This document shows, piece after piece, positions 1 to 10,320 of a stretch of DNA of 64,000 nt (its first letter is position 1; each line of letters opens with the position of its first letter). The stretch comes from an uncultured bacterium (GTDB lineage Bacteria > Verrucomicrobiota > Verrucomicrobiia > Chthoniobacterales > SZAS-18). Made by a program: the position numbers and the translations under genes. The notes under the pieces are model-generated. The model worked only from the letters and a program-made list of their open reading frames with translations, was not told where the DNA came from and made no database searches. Where the stretch lies: NCBI GenBank assembly GCA_963795895.1, contig CAWCJJ010000030.1, positions 35,356-99,355 of the forward strand, written 5' to 3'.

Positions 1-1370
<1,370 letters not shown>

Positions 1371-1500
1371 CGGATGCTGAAATGTCAATGACCAATGACC
1401 AAGGCCGAAAGTCTGAAGGCAGGGGTGACGAGACTGCTAAGGCAAACGGTCCAGGGGTGGAAAAAAGACGGAGAACTGTTGAAACTCGGGGTGCCTGACT

Positions 1501-2065
1501 ATGCTTTTTGTTCTCGATAATTACGATTCGTTCACTTACAACCTCGTCCAATATTTTGGGGAGTTGGGGGCGGACCCGGTGGTGCGTCGCAATGACGAGA
1601 TTACCGTGGAAGAAGTCGCGGCTTTGCGACCGGAGCGGATCTGCATTTCACCCGGGCCCGGGACGCCGGGCGAGGCGGGGATCAGCAGTGCGATCATCCG
1701 TGAACTAGGCAAGCGGATCCCGGTGTTGGGAGTGTGCCTGGGGCACCAGTGCATCGGCGAGGTTTTCGGGGGCGAGGTGGTGCGGGCGGGCCGGTTGATG
1801 CACGGCAAAACCTCGCCGATCCTGCACGCGGACAACGGGGTGTTCGCGGGGTTGCCGAGTCCGTTTCCAGGCGACGCGGTATCATTCCCTGCTCGTCCGC
1901 CCGGACAGCGTGCCGGAGTGCTTGCTGGTGAACGCGACGACCGCTGAGGGGGAGATCATGGGGTTGCGCCACCGGGAGTACCCGATCCACGGGGTGCAGT
2001 TTCACCCGGAGAGCATCCTAACGGTGGAAGGCAAGCGGCTGCTGGGGAACTTTCTGGCGATGTGA
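1501..2065 (+). CDS. trpG: anthranilate synthase component II / glutamine amidotransferase, one frameshift
   Basis: [19 protein letters not shown] start and catalytic [11 protein letters not shown]. After ~1868 the conserved continuation (ATRYHSLLV...[12 protein letters not shown]...LGNFLAM) is in another frame ending at TGA 2063..2065. Confidence 0.88.
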
Positions 2066-2189
2066 CGGCGCGGGGCAAGGATGTTCGGGGATCGTTATTT
2101 CACGCGTCGACTCGGGGAGCATGGCTGCTCTGGCGGAGGGTTTACGCTGACTCTCGAAGATGGAAACAGGCAACTTCGGGGACTCGATT

Positions 2190-2594
2190 TCACCAAACGA
2201 CTTGCACGTCGTACCGCGCGACGAGGGGAGCCCCACTGGCGAGATGAAAATCGCCACATTGCGTTTGCGCCACCAAAAGTCGATCAAACGGATTGCGGTG
2301 CAGTATGGGCAGTTCAGCCAGACCAAGAACGTCCCCGACCGTCACAGGCAGAATGATCAAGCCATTCTGTCGTTGATCCTATCCATTCTGTCGTTGATCC
2401 TATCAAATGGCCGACAGCGGCAATCGCAAAGCAAGTTTGCCAAGCTGGATCTTGATTTGTAGTTCCCAGACGCTCGCAACGCTCAGATGGCGGTCGTTCG
2501 CCGGGTCGAGGCAAGCCGCGAGGGCGCGTTTGGATGAACGTTTCCTGTCATTGTCCCACCAGATGAAGCTGTGGGTATCAAGCAGCAACCTCAT
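2190..2594 (-). pseudogene. PIN-domain VapC-like toxin interrupted by in-frame TGA/TAG stops and a 21-bp tandem duplication
   Basis: The N-terminal half MRLLLDTHSFIWW...SVASVWELQIKIQLGKL stops at 2403. The same frame continues after TGA-TAG and a duplicated DQRQNG-TAG unit into LIILPVTVGDVLGLAELPILHRNPFDRLLVAQTQ...YDVQVVW, which is a typical PIN C-terminus. The ATG overlaps the upstream gene's stop (ATGA). Confidence 0.8.
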
Positions 2595-2808
2595 GCGTCC
2601 TTGCCAAGCCAGAACGCGTCCGGCAGCGGGTCGTCGAAATCGTCGGAGACTTCCTAGGCACCCGCGTGCATATCCGCTAAGGGAGAGGTCGGGATGGTGC
2701 TGTCGCAGATACCTCGCGCGGATCGAAATTGCGCGACGCGGCAGCAAGCTCCGCGCGTTCTTCGGCGGAAAGGCGCGGCAGTTCCGCGAGAATCTCCTGT
2801 GTACTCAT
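2591..2808 (-). pseudogene. VapB-type antitoxin (DUF2281-like C-terminus), at least two frame changes
   Basis: MSTQEILAELPRLSAEERAEL sits in one frame, SLSGYARGCLG in a second, and EVSDDFDDPLPDAFWLGKDA-stop in a third. The DDFDxPLP tail is characteristic of this antitoxin type. The stop overlaps the PIN start. Confidence 0.6.
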
Positions 2809-2928
2809 GAAGTGAAAAGTAACAGGAGGCGGCGTGTTGACCGGCAAGGAAATGTCGTGAACCGCCCGTTTGTCCGCACTTGCCATCATCCCGTGACTGT
2901 CGAAGCACTGGTGGCACTGAAAACCGCC

Positions 2929-3315
2929 CTAGCTAATCCCGGCTTTCGATCTCTGCCTCGACGTCGATAGCTCAGATTCGGTGCCAACGAATAGCTCCGG
3001 GTGAGCTTCCGCGATTGCAAGCAGCTTCAGAGCGGCTCCGCTGGGCTTGCGCTGGCTGTTCTCCCAACTGCTTACCGTTCGCGTCGGCAGGTTGAGTAGC
3101 GAGGCGAAAACGGCTTGGCTGACCCCCAACTTTTTTTCGGCGGCGGAACGTGCCGGCAAAGGCTTGGGCAGGTTGATCGTGGTCGAGCGCAACGTGTGAA
3201 CCTTGCTACTCCTGAGTTGCTCCGCAAAACCGGTGACCGACTCCAAAAGCGCGGCCTCGTCAAACTCTCCGACGATCGCTTTCGAGCCTGCGGTGTTTTT
3301 CTTCGTCGTCTTCAT
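2929..3315 (-). CDS. XRE-type HTH antitoxin (HigA/NadS-like)
   Basis: C-terminal HTH KLGVSQAVFASLLNLPTRTVSSWENSQRKPSGAALKLL. It lies directly downstream of a RelE/HigB-like toxin gene. Start taken at MKTTKK. Confidence 0.8.
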   Translation of the reverse strand: MKTTKKNTAGSKAIVGEFDEAALLESVTGFAEQLRSSKVHTLRSTTINLPKPLPARSAAEKKLGVSQAVFASLLNLPTRTVSSWENSQRKPSGAALKLLAIAEAHPELFVGTESELSTSRQRSKAGIS

Positions 3316-3344
3316 GTTCGTGTCGTGGTGTTCGCAACTCTGAA

Positions 3345-3680
3345 TCACGGGATCAGATGCTGGTTTGTTTTAAATTCCGACGCCATCATGCGAAGAACGG
3401 CTTTGCCCGCGTCGGAAATGTTTGGGCTGTCGGATTTGGTGAAAAGGTAAAACATGATAATGCAGGGGCGGTTGGGCAGGTAGAGATAAATGACCCGCGC
3501 GCCGCCACTTTTGCCCTTTCCAGGCATAGCCATCCGTACCTTGCGTAGTCCGCCGGTGCCCGCGACGAGATCATCCGCCTCGGGGTTTACCGCCAGGAAG
3601 ACCTGCAGCGCGTGAATGACTTCGTCGCCAAGCATGGCTTGAACTTGGGCCGTGAACTGGTGGATTTCGATGAAGCGCAT
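3345..3680 (-). CDS. RelE/HigB-like toxin (toxin-first module)
   Basis: MRFIEIHQFT...GTGGLRKVRMAMPGKGKSGGARVIYLY...FYLFTKSD, the signature of the HigB-type RelE family. The gene is small and paired with an HTH antitoxin. Confidence 0.8.
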   Translation of the reverse strand: MRFIEIHQFTAQVQAMLGDEVIHALQVFLAVNPEADDLVAGTGGLRKVRMAMPGKGKSGGARVIYLYLPNRPCIIMFYLFTKSDSPNISDAGKAVLRMMASEFKTNQHLIP

Positions 3681-3816
3681 CAGCTGGCTAGACACCCGGT
3701 GCCGGGGAGTAAACTAGCCTTACACTCAGTGTGTGTGACGCAAGGGAAATGCGAACATCGACGATTCGTCGCCGCGTTCCGCGCGCACCCGAATCACGGG
3801 GTCAAGACCAACGGTT

Positions 3817-4506
3817 TTAATCATCTCCCGCCGCCATCGGCTTCACCGTGGCATAGGAATAGAAGGTGCGAGTCAGTTCCTTACCGAACTTGCACCGGAT
3901 GTTCAACGTCGCGAAGGCGAAACCCGCCGTGGACGCCGGCGTGACAGTAATCTGGTACTTGCGGCCTTTAACCAGCGTCGTCAGCTCGGCCTTCATCGCC
4001 GGGTTGGTGGATTGCAGATCAATGTCCTCAAAGACCAGATCGTTGACCGTTTCCAGAACCACGCTTTTCGCCTTCTTTTCCTCGCCTTTGGACCACGTCA
4101 CGTGCGGTGGCTCGATGCGGACCATCTCGGGGATGTCCGCCACCAACTCCAAAATCACCGGCTCGGAGCGGTCGCTGGTTTTCACGGCGATCGTCTTGTG
4201 CTGCAAACCGACGTGGTTGCCGAACGTGTAACGCGCCACGATCTCGCCGCCCTGGCCGGGTTCGTAGTGGCGTTGCTCGAGTTCGGTGGTCGTGCAGCCG
4301 CAACTGCTCTCCACCTGCTTTACATCCACGGGATTCGTCCCGCCGTTCGTGAACGGAAATCGCACCTCGACCACGCCCATCGACGCGTCGGCTTTCACCT
4401 GAACGGTCTTTTGCTTCCAGGTTAATTCCGCGCGCGCCGGTAAGACGAGCGCGATCAAAACGAAGGCGGGTAGGTAGAGCGGGCAAACACGGGGAAGGGT
4501 AGGCAT
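3817..4506 (-). CDS. DUF1573 domain-containing secreted protein
   Basis: N-terminal signal peptide and the VESSCGCTT motif typical of DUF1573, within a beta-rich sequence. Confidence 0.75.
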   Translation of the reverse strand: MPTLPRVCPLYLPAFVLIALVLPARAELTWKQKTVQVKADASMGVVEVRFPFTNGGTNPVDVKQVESSCGCTTTELEQRHYEPGQGGEIVARYTFGNHVGLQHKTIAVKTSDRSEPVILELVADIPEMVRIEPPHVTWSKGEEKKAKSVVLETVNDLVFEDIDLQSTNPAMKAELTTLVKGRKYQITVTPASTAGFAFATLNIRCKFGKELTRTFYSYATVKPMAAGDD

Positions 4507-4584
4507 GGAGAGCGGGTAATTTGGAGGGGAATAGCGGGAGCCATGCCAATTTCACGCGCGGCGATCATCTTGCAACCGGGCAGA

Positions 4585-5601
4585 TCATTGACCTTGGAGC
4601 TTGCGTTCCTCCTCGATCAACTGGCCCACCGTTTGCGCGCCCAACGTTCCGGCGGCGGGGTCTCCGAGGTGGTGGCGACGCACCGCCAGTTGCAGGACGC
4701 GTTGTTCGTCCGCCGTTAGCTGGCTATCCAGCCAGCGTTCCACCCAGCCGGAGGCGTTGTAACGTGTCACGAGATCGAGGTAAACGCTGGTTTTTACCAC
4801 CGGCGCGCCCGGTTCGGCCTCGTTCGCACCTCCGGCGGCAGTCGCCGCGCTCGCCGGGATGAGCCGTTCGCGGGTCGGCAAGACGACGCTCCGCGAGCGT
4901 AGGGACAGCCGCCTACCATTGAGTTCGCCGCGCGCGCCAAGTTCATAGACGGCCACGGCGGGGCTGCTGCCGAAACTCCAGGCGACCACGAGGCGGTCGC
5001 CACGTAGGATGCCGATCCCGCGGTACAACGTGGCACCGCCGGACGTGGTGAACGCGAGGGTGTAATCCTCCCCCTGCGGAGTGATCGTGACAACCCCGTC
5101 GAACTGTCCGGTCGTCGCGCGGTGACCGCTGAAATGGTGCCGCCCGGCCAAGGTCGGTTGTTTGGGATCGGCGTCGAAATCCATCACGCCCACAATCGAG
5201 GCGGAGTCGATGCTGGTGATCCATTGCCCCTGCCAGCGGCGACCGCCGTCCGCGCGCCGGTAGATGGCGAGTCCGTGCGCGACGCCCCCGGTGTACAGGG
5301 ACGCGCCGAGCAGGTCCGTCCCGTCGGAAAGGCCGATGCCGCGCAGGGGTCTGCCTTGGTCGAAGCGCCAATTGACAGTGTAAGCCGACCGGCGCGGGTC
5401 GATATCAACGGTTCCACCGGGGGCGGGGATGGCATCGTTATGCGCGTCAGTGTCGGACAGGATGTGGAAGCGGCCGGTGAGCTGGGAAGTGGCGGCGGTC
5501 TGGCCGGCGCGCGCGGTTGGTATTATGGGAAGGGTCGCCAGCGCGCCAAACGCCACCAGGCGCGCAATCAGGGAAGGGGTGGATGAACGGTGGTGGTTCA
5601 C
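4585..5601 (-). CDS. hypothetical secreted protein
   Basis: 338-aa ORF with a signal-like N-terminus (LVAFGALATLPIIPTARA). I recognise no family. Confidence 0.55.
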   Translation of the reverse strand: MNHHRSSTPSLIARLVAFGALATLPIIPTARAGQTAATSQLTGRFHILSDTDAHNDAIPAPGGTVDIDPRRSAYTVNWRFDQGRPLRGIGLSDGTDLLGASLYTGGVAHGLAIYRRADGGRRWQGQWITSIDSASIVGVMDFDADPKQPTLAGRHHFSGHRATTGQFDGVVTITPQGEDYTLAFTTSGGATLYRGIGILRGDRLVVAWSFGSSPAVAVYELGARGELNGRRLSLRSRSVVLPTRERLIPASAATAAGGANEAEPGAPVVKTSVYLDLVTRYNASGWVERWLDSQLTADEQRVLQLAVRRHHLGDPAAGTLGAQTVGQLIEEERKLQGQ

Positions 5602-5660
5602 GGCGGCACCTTACAGCGGTTTGCATGATGATCGAATATTGCATCTGTGCTGCCGCCGGG

Positions 5661-5764
5661 GCCTCAGCCCCGGGAGCGCGGGCCTCCCGCCCGCATTTGG
5701 TTTGGTCGGGTCTGTCCAGGGGCTGCCGCCCTTTGCGGGTCGGAGACCCGCGCTCCCGGGGCAG
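5661..5764. repeat. REP-like palindromic repeat pair, family C (ccgggagcgcggg.ctcc..cccgc)
   Basis: gccccgggagcgcgggcctcccgcccgc at ~5668 and its inverted partner gcgggtcggagacccgcgctcccgggg at ~5735. Related units occur at 33666..33693 and 38209..38260. Confidence 0.75.
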
Positions 5765-5825
5765 ACCCGGGAGCCAGATTTCCCTCGCCGCAGGCGGGAC
5801 CGCCGGGCATATTGTGTCACCAGCC

Positions 5826-6449
5826 ATGAGCGAGGATCCGACATTGCCCGCGCCCGCCCTTGAGCCGCTCGACCCCGGCGAACTCCGGCGGCTGACCACC
5901 GAGTTGCTGCGCGCTTGCGGGGCGGAAAAACTCGACCGGCGCGTCTCGGTCCTCTGGAATCCCCGGCTTCGCAGCACGGCGGGGCGGGCGTTCCCCAAGC
6001 AGTGGCGGATCGAACTCAACCCCCGGTTGCAAGCGTTTCCCGGTGAAACCAGCCGCACCCTGCGCCACGAACTCGCCCACCTCGTGGTCGCCTGGAACCA
6101 GGCGCAGCTTCCAAAACAACAACAGCGCCGCCCTCGTGGGAAACCGCGCGACCCGCACGGGCCGGACTGGCGCCGCGCCTGCGCGCTGCTCGGCATCGAC
6201 GGCGAAAGCCGCTGCCACACCCTCGCGCTGGCCGCGCCGCGCCGGGTTGCCAGACCGCACGCCTACGAATGCCCCTCCTGCCGGCTCGTGGTGCGGCGGA
6301 CGCGTCCCATCACCCGGGGACGAATGCTGGCGTGTGGGATCTGTTGCCGCCAACTCGCGCGGGGACGGTTCGACGCGCGGTTTAAGCTGCGCAAGATTGA
6401 TCCCGCGCCCGTCGCCCTCCCGGGTGCGGAGACGTTGCCGCAAGTATGA
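5826..6449 (+). CDS. SprT-like zinc metalloprotease domain protein
   Basis: HELAH (HExxH) motif preceded by RSTAGRA, and a C-terminal Cys-rich ribbon YECPSCR...ACGICC. Start chosen at MSEDPTL because the upstream part of ORF 5517 lies in REP sequence. Confidence 0.75.
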   Translation: MSEDPTLPAPALEPLDPGELRRLTTELLRACGAEKLDRRVSVLWNPRLRSTAGRAFPKQWRIELNPRLQAFPGETSRTLRHELAHLVVAWNQAQLPKQQQRRPRGKPRDPHGPDWRRACALLGIDGESRCHTLALAAPRRVARPHAYECPSCRLVVRRTRPITRGRMLACGICCRQLARGRFDARFKLRKIDPAPVALPGAETLPQV

Positions 6450-7561
6450 CACCGAGTGCCCGCAAGATCATCCATCTCGACATGGATTGCTTCTACGCGG
6501 CGGTTGAAATGCGCGAGCAACCGCACCTGCGCGGTCAGCCGATCGGTGTCGGCGGTTCGCGCGGGAACGAGCGGCGCGGGGTGCTGACGACTTGCAACTA
6601 CGAAGCCCGGGCGTTTGGCGTGCGCTCGGCGATGCCGGTCTTCCAGGCCTTGGAACGCTGCCCGCACCTGATCCTGGTGCCGGCCCGCTTTGATCTCTAC
6701 CGGCGGGAAAGCGCCCGCATCCGCGAAATCTTTCTCGCCTACACATCGCTGGTGGAGCCGCTGTCGCTCGACGAGGCTTACTTGGACGTCAGCGGCGCGG
6801 GACGTCCGGCCTCCGTGGTCGCGACCGAGATTCGGCAAAGGGTGCGGGACACCACTGGGCTGACCGTGTCGGCGGGCGTCGCGGAAAACAAGATGCTCGC
6901 GAAGATCGCGAGCGACCTGCGCAAACCGGACGGCCAGAGCGTGATCAAGCCCGCGGCGGTGGCGGGTTTCATGCGGGATTTGCCCGTGAGCCGGATCCCG
7001 GGGGTGGGGCAGGTCACGACGGAACGTTTCGCGCGCCTCGGCATCCAGACGTGCGGCCAACTCCAGGGTCTGCGGCGCGAGGAGCTGGACCGGCAGTTCG
7101 GCAAGTTCGGGCTGGAACTCTTCGACCGGTGCCGGGGGGTGGATGAGCGCCCGGTCACACCCGACCGGTTGCGCAAGAGCCTGAGCAACGAGCGGACCTT
7201 CGACCATTCGCTCGACACCCTCGATGCGTGCGAAGAACGACTGCGGATGCTGTTCGAGGAACTGGTGGAGGATCTCGCCGCGCAGGCGCTCAAGGAGGGG
7301 AAACGGCGCGCGGTCGGCAAGTTGTTTGTGAAGGTGAAGTTCGCCGATTTTACCCACACAACGGTGGAGTGCGTGGCGGCGGAGCCGGAACTGACGATCT
7401 ACCGTCAACTGTTGTCCGAGGGCTGGAGCCGGGGACGCGGACGCGCGGTGCGGCTCATCGGGGCGGGGGTGCGCTTTGGGCAACTGCCTGGCCCAGGCGG
7501 CTTGCCGGGGGCGCAGGGGCAGATGGAACTTGAACTCGCTGCTTCCACTTATCCGCCCTGA
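6446..7561 (+). CDS. dinB: DNA polymerase IV
   Basis: IIHLDMDCFYAAVEMRE, SLDEAYLDVS and GLTVSAGVAENKMLAKIASD are Y-family polymerase motifs. The 371-aa ORF is intact. Confidence 0.93.
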   Translation: MTPSARKIIHLDMDCFYAAVEMREQPHLRGQPIGVGGSRGNERRGVLTTCNYEARAFGVRSAMPVFQALERCPHLILVPARFDLYRRESARIREIFLAYTSLVEPLSLDEAYLDVSGAGRPASVVATEIRQRVRDTTGLTVSAGVAENKMLAKIASDLRKPDGQSVIKPAAVAGFMRDLPVSRIPGVGQVTTERFARLGIQTCGQLQGLRREELDRQFGKFGLELFDRCRGVDERPVTPDRLRKSLSNERTFDHSLDTLDACEERLRMLFEELVEDLAAQALKEGKRRAVGKLFVKVKFADFTHTTVECVAAEPELTIYRQLLSEGWSRGRGRAVRLIGAGVRFGQLPGPGGLPGAQGQMELELAASTYPP

Positions 7562-7595
7562 AGGCAGGCCGACTCCAGGATCCAGTGCCGTTGAG

Positions 7596-8270
7596 CTAAC
7601 GCGGCTTCAATCTACTTAATCCGGTTTCAGGTGATGGATAATGGGTGCCCGGGTTCTGCGGCGACAGCGAAGCCAGGCGCGCCTCCAACTCCGCGACGCG
7701 GGCACGCAGGGGCGCGGCCACGGCGCTCTCAATTTGGGCGGTCGTGTAACGAGGCTGGATGTACTGCGGACAGTTCCAGTCGAAGGAAACCACGTCCACG
7801 ACGAAGACCCGTTCCGTCCGGGCAAGCAGGCCCGTGTCGGGAGTCAGTCGCGCCGCCAGCGCGGGCTCGTCGCGGGCGTCGAGGACCCGGGCGCGGCCCA
7901 TGATCTTGAGCCGGGTGCGTTCGGGGTAATCCATCAGAAAAAGCGCGACGCGGTCGTTGCCGCCCGCGAGGTTCCCGGTGGAAAGCAACTGACGGTTGCC
8001 GCTGAAGTCGGCGAACGCCAGCGTGTGCGGGTCAAGCACGCGCAAAAAGCCCGCCGGCCCGCCCCGGTGCTGGATGTACGGCCAGCCCGTCTCGCTGACC
8101 GTGGCGAGATAAAAGCTGTCCCGTTCCAGGATGAAGACGGTCTCGTCGGCGCCAAGCGTAGTGCGCGCGCCGTCAGTTGCGGGGGAAATACTCTGCGCGC
8201 GTCCGTAGTAACGCCTTTGTGCTTCCAGCACCGCCGGGGTGAGGGCGGCTTGCATGTATTCGAGTGCCAT
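7596..8270 (-). CDS. pyridoxamine 5'-phosphate oxidase family (FMN-binding split barrel) protein
   Basis: DSFYLATVSETGWPYIQHRGGPAGFLRVLD...GNRQLLSTGNL...VALFLMDY matches the PNPOx-like fold family. Confidence 0.7.
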   Translation of the reverse strand: MALEYMQAALTPAVLEAQRRYYGRAQSISPATDGARTTLGADETVFILERDSFYLATVSETGWPYIQHRGGPAGFLRVLDPHTLAFADFSGNRQLLSTGNLAGGNDRVALFLMDYPERTRLKIMGRARVLDARDEPALAARLTPDTGLLARTERVFVVDVVSFDWNCPQYIQPRYTTAQIESAVAAPLRARVAELEARLASLSPQNPGTHYPSPETGLSRLKPR

Positions 8271-8330
8271 GGAGAATGGGAGGTAAGAACAAAACCAATC
8301 TACTGAAAGATAGTCACGTCGCGCACAAGG

Positions 8331-8954
8331 TTACTTTTGGCTAAACGTCAGACGCGTCAGGACGGAACTCACTTCAGCCAGGGTTTGCGCGCGGGAGGCT
8401 CGCGCGATGACCAACGCGCCTTGCAGTGCGCAGTACCACAAACGAGCCAGACTGAGGGGATCGGCGTGGGCGGACAACTCGCCCCGGCTTTGTCCCGCCC
8501 GCAGCAGCCCAGCGATGCCTTCCTCGCTCGTGGCAATCAGTTCGCGCAACTCTTCCTGCACCGCCGAAGGCAGTCCACCATGCTCGCCAGCCAGGGCGGC
8601 GCACAGGCAGATCCGCGCGCCGTCGCTCAAAGCGTCGCTGTAGAGACGCGCCGTCAGGCGTTCGAGTTGGCCGGGTAAGGTACGCGAGGTGGCGACCGCT
8701 TCCGACAGGGCATGCGCAATCATCTCGCGATAACCGCGAACCAAGGCGACACCCAACTCCGCCTTGGTGGGGAAATGGTAGTGGACGCTGGCGGTGGAAA
8801 TCCCAACCTCGGTGGCCAGGTCACGGTAGGAAAAGCCATGAAAGCCGCGCGTTTGGATCAAGCGTTGGGCCACGTCGAGCAACTGATTTCTCGTAGGAAC
8901 ATCCACTGAAACTATTCTATCTATCAGTAGATCGGCTGCAAGTTGAATCTTCAC
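8331..8954 (-). CDS. TetR/AcrR family transcriptional regulator
   Basis: N-terminal HTH FHGFSYRDLATEVGISTASVHYHFPTKAELG. Confidence 0.88.
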   Translation of the reverse strand: MKIQLAADLLIDRIVSVDVPTRNQLLDVAQRLIQTRGFHGFSYRDLATEVGISTASVHYHFPTKAELGVALVRGYREMIAHALSEAVATSRTLPGQLERLTARLYSDALSDGARICLCAALAGEHGGLPSAVQEELRELIATSEEGIAGLLRAGQSRGELSAHADPLSLARLWYCALQGALVIARASRAQTLAEVSSVLTRLTFSQK

Positions 8955-9054
8955 GGCTTTCTCGTTCCGAGCGATCTCCGGGCACTACGGGCGGCACCGG
9001 GCGCGGGGAAACCGCTGGGGGGTATTGTTACCCTATGCTTCGGGTTGGGCCTGT

Positions 9055-10038
9055 TCAGACCCCCTGATGCGCGGCTGCTTTCCAGTTGTAGGACTGGTAA
9101 ACATGCGAAAACCTGCCGTCCGGTTGCAGGTCCACCACCAGAAATCCCTCGGGACAGCCAAGCTGCGGTCCCCGCCACCAGTCACCGCAAACCGCGCCGC
9201 TGTTGATGAAGCGAATGCCGTCCAGATCAACCTGCTCGAAATGATGCAGGTGGCCCGCGAGGACCAGTTTGAGATTGCCCCCGGCCAGCTTGATCATGTC
9301 TAGCAACGGTTTGGTGTTGGTGGCCACCAGGGTGGTCGGGGTCTCGATCTTCGCGCCAACCAGTTTCGCAAACCCCGTCACCGTTGGCAGTACCGACACG
9401 GCGGGGATGTGTCCGCCCAGGATCATTGGACGCCCGCCCGCCGCGGCGAGTTCCCCCTTCAAAAACGTAAACTGATCCTCGGCAAACTCGCCGACGTAAG
9501 AGCCGTCGGGGTTGAGGCCAACGTCGTCGAGCACCACGACCCTCCAGCCACCGGCGTCGAACCCGTAAAAGGTGCGTTCCAGGCCGAGGCGCTGCCGCCA
9601 CAGACCCTTGCCGAAACGCGGGTCGTCGTGGGCCGCGCCGGAGTGTTGCGAACCCGCGAAATCGTGGTTGCCGAAAGTGAAATGAGCCGGCAGCGAGGTG
9701 TGGTCGCGCCAGATACCCAGAAACCGGTCGATCAGGCGGGTGCCGCCTGCAAAGTCCAGGTGTGGTGATTCGTGGGTCAGGTCGCCGCCGCACAGGATGA
9801 ACTCCGGACGCGGCCGCAACGCCTCCACCGCGTCGAGGCAAGCCGCGACGCCCTTGTCGGAACCAAAGGCTCCATCGACCATCAAATGCGCGTCGGTCAG
9901 AAAGACGAACCGGGTTGGCGACGGCTGGAGAACGGGGTCATCCGCCCAAGCGGGGAGACGCCCGGCGGTGGCGAAAGCACCCGCGAGGACCGTCGAGCGC
10001 TTGATGAAATCGCGGCGTGTCAGGGCGTGAACGTTCAT
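9055..10038 (-). CDS. metallophosphoesterase with twin-arginine signal
   Basis: MNVHALTRRDFIKRSTVLAGAFA (Tat motif), then FVFLTDAH, GGDLTHE, GNHD and GHLHH phosphoesterase motifs. The longer listed ORF would overlap the tRNA, so the start was moved to 10038. Confidence 0.82.
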   Translation of the reverse strand: MNVHALTRRDFIKRSTVLAGAFATAGRLPAWADDPVLQPSPTRFVFLTDAHLMVDGAFGSDKGVAACLDAVEALRPRPEFILCGGDLTHESPHLDFAGGTRLIDRFLGIWRDHTSLPAHFTFGNHDFAGSQHSGAAHDDPRFGKGLWRQRLGLERTFYGFDAGGWRVVVLDDVGLNPDGSYVGEFAEDQFTFLKGELAAAGGRPMILGGHIPAVSVLPTVTGFAKLVGAKIETPTTLVATNTKPLLDMIKLAGGNLKLVLAGHLHHFEQVDLDGIRFINSGAVCGDWWRGPQLGCPEGFLVVDLQPDGRFSHVYQSYNWKAAAHQGV

Positions 10039-10120
10039 GGTCAGAGCTTCAATCTGGCGCAGGCGGGAGTAGAGAGAATCAGACTGGTCGCGACGGCAAC
10101 CAGCACGCGGAAAAAGAAAT

Positions 10121-10201
10121 TGCTCGGAGGGGGACTTGAACCCCCACGCCTTGCGGCATACGCCCCTCAAACGTACGTGTCTGCCATTTCACCACCCGAG
10201 C
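10121..10201 (-). tRNA. tRNA-Leu (anticodon GAG)
   Basis: The reverse complement folds as a cloverleaf: acceptor GCTCGGG/TCCGAGC, anticodon stem TACGT/GCGTA with loop TTGAGGG, long variable arm TGCCGCAAGGCGT, and T arm GGGGG-TTCAAGT-CCCCC. CCA is not encoded. Confidence 0.9.
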
Positions 10202-10320
10202 GGGTCACGCGGCAGCGTGGTCCCATAGTTATCACGCCTTCGCCTCCGCGCAAGCCTCTTTTCTCCTCGGCCCGCGACCGCGAGCCATCCTCCATCGACA
10301 AACCCGCGCGCGCCGGGTAC

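Noticed and set aside
2341-2406. Tandem 21-bp repeat considered as a mini CRISPR or VNTR locus.
   Set aside because: There are only two units with no spacers, and they lie inside the PIN coding frame. It is interpreted as an intragenic duplication.
9772-10320. N-terminal extensions of ORF 9772..11094 (tlyA) and ORF 9055..10170 (phosphoesterase) across 10040..10320.
   Set aside because: Both extensions run through the tRNA-Leu gene (10121..10201). Conserved protein sequence begins at 10321 and 10038 respectively.
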